Origin: Octopus sinensis
Lineage: Eukaryota
Reading direction: 5' to 3'
Assembly: GCF_006345805.1 (NCBI RefSeq)
Contig: NC_043000.1
Span: 141,360,001-141,424,000 of the forward strand
Length of the DNA stretch: 64,000 nt
The translations under genes were made by a program, and so were the position numbers. Positions 63,862 to 64,000 of this stretch are shown here, piece by piece (the first letter of the stretch is position 1; each line of letters begins with the position of its first letter). The notes below the pieces were generated by a model. That model searched no databases, had not been told where the DNA came from, and saw only the letters and a list, made by a program, of their open reading frames with translations.

Positions 63862-64000
63862 ATACTCTTTACTCTTTACTCTTTTATTTGTTTCAGTCAT
63901 TTGACTGCGGCCATGCTGGAGCACCGCCTTTAGTCGAGCAAATCAACCCCGGGACTTATTCTTTGTAAGCCCAGTACTTATTCTATCGGGGTCTTTTGCC
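63862..64000 (-). mobile_element. SINE B 3' part, cut by the window edge
   Basis: (tactcttt)n tail plus gtttcagtcatttgactgcggccatgctggagcaccgcc. Confidence 0.9.

Overview
This is repeat-saturated, AT-rich animal genomic DNA. I infer an octopod cephalopod from the tRNA-headed SINE families and the extreme TA/CA/ATAC microsatellite load. No host protein-coding gene can be supported. Almost every ORF in the six-frame track is a microsatellite read-through, a SINE read-through or a decayed transposon frame. The window holds: at least five tRNA-derived SINE types (called A-E here); decayed non-LTR retrotransposons (R4/Dong-like with restriction-like endonuclease, two CR1-like 3' ends, possible RTE pieces); Penelope-like elements (RT and GIY-YIG) with terminal repeats; an internally deleted Gypsy element; DNA transposon relics (hAT/Buster, rosa DD41D, mariner, Tc1); and non-autonomous Helitrons. 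The most interesting signals are four minimal hammerhead-ribozyme-like motifs in Penelope-type terminal repeats, a SINE/LINE shared 3' tail with a co-varying stem-loop, an exact head-to-tail Helitron dimer, a Helitron carrying 209 bp of extra sequence, a 142-bp inverted repeat bracketing about 4.9 kb, and a partial HDV-like ribozyme fold in an RTE-like 5' region. Coordinates were counted by hand and may be off by a few bases. No database search was run.
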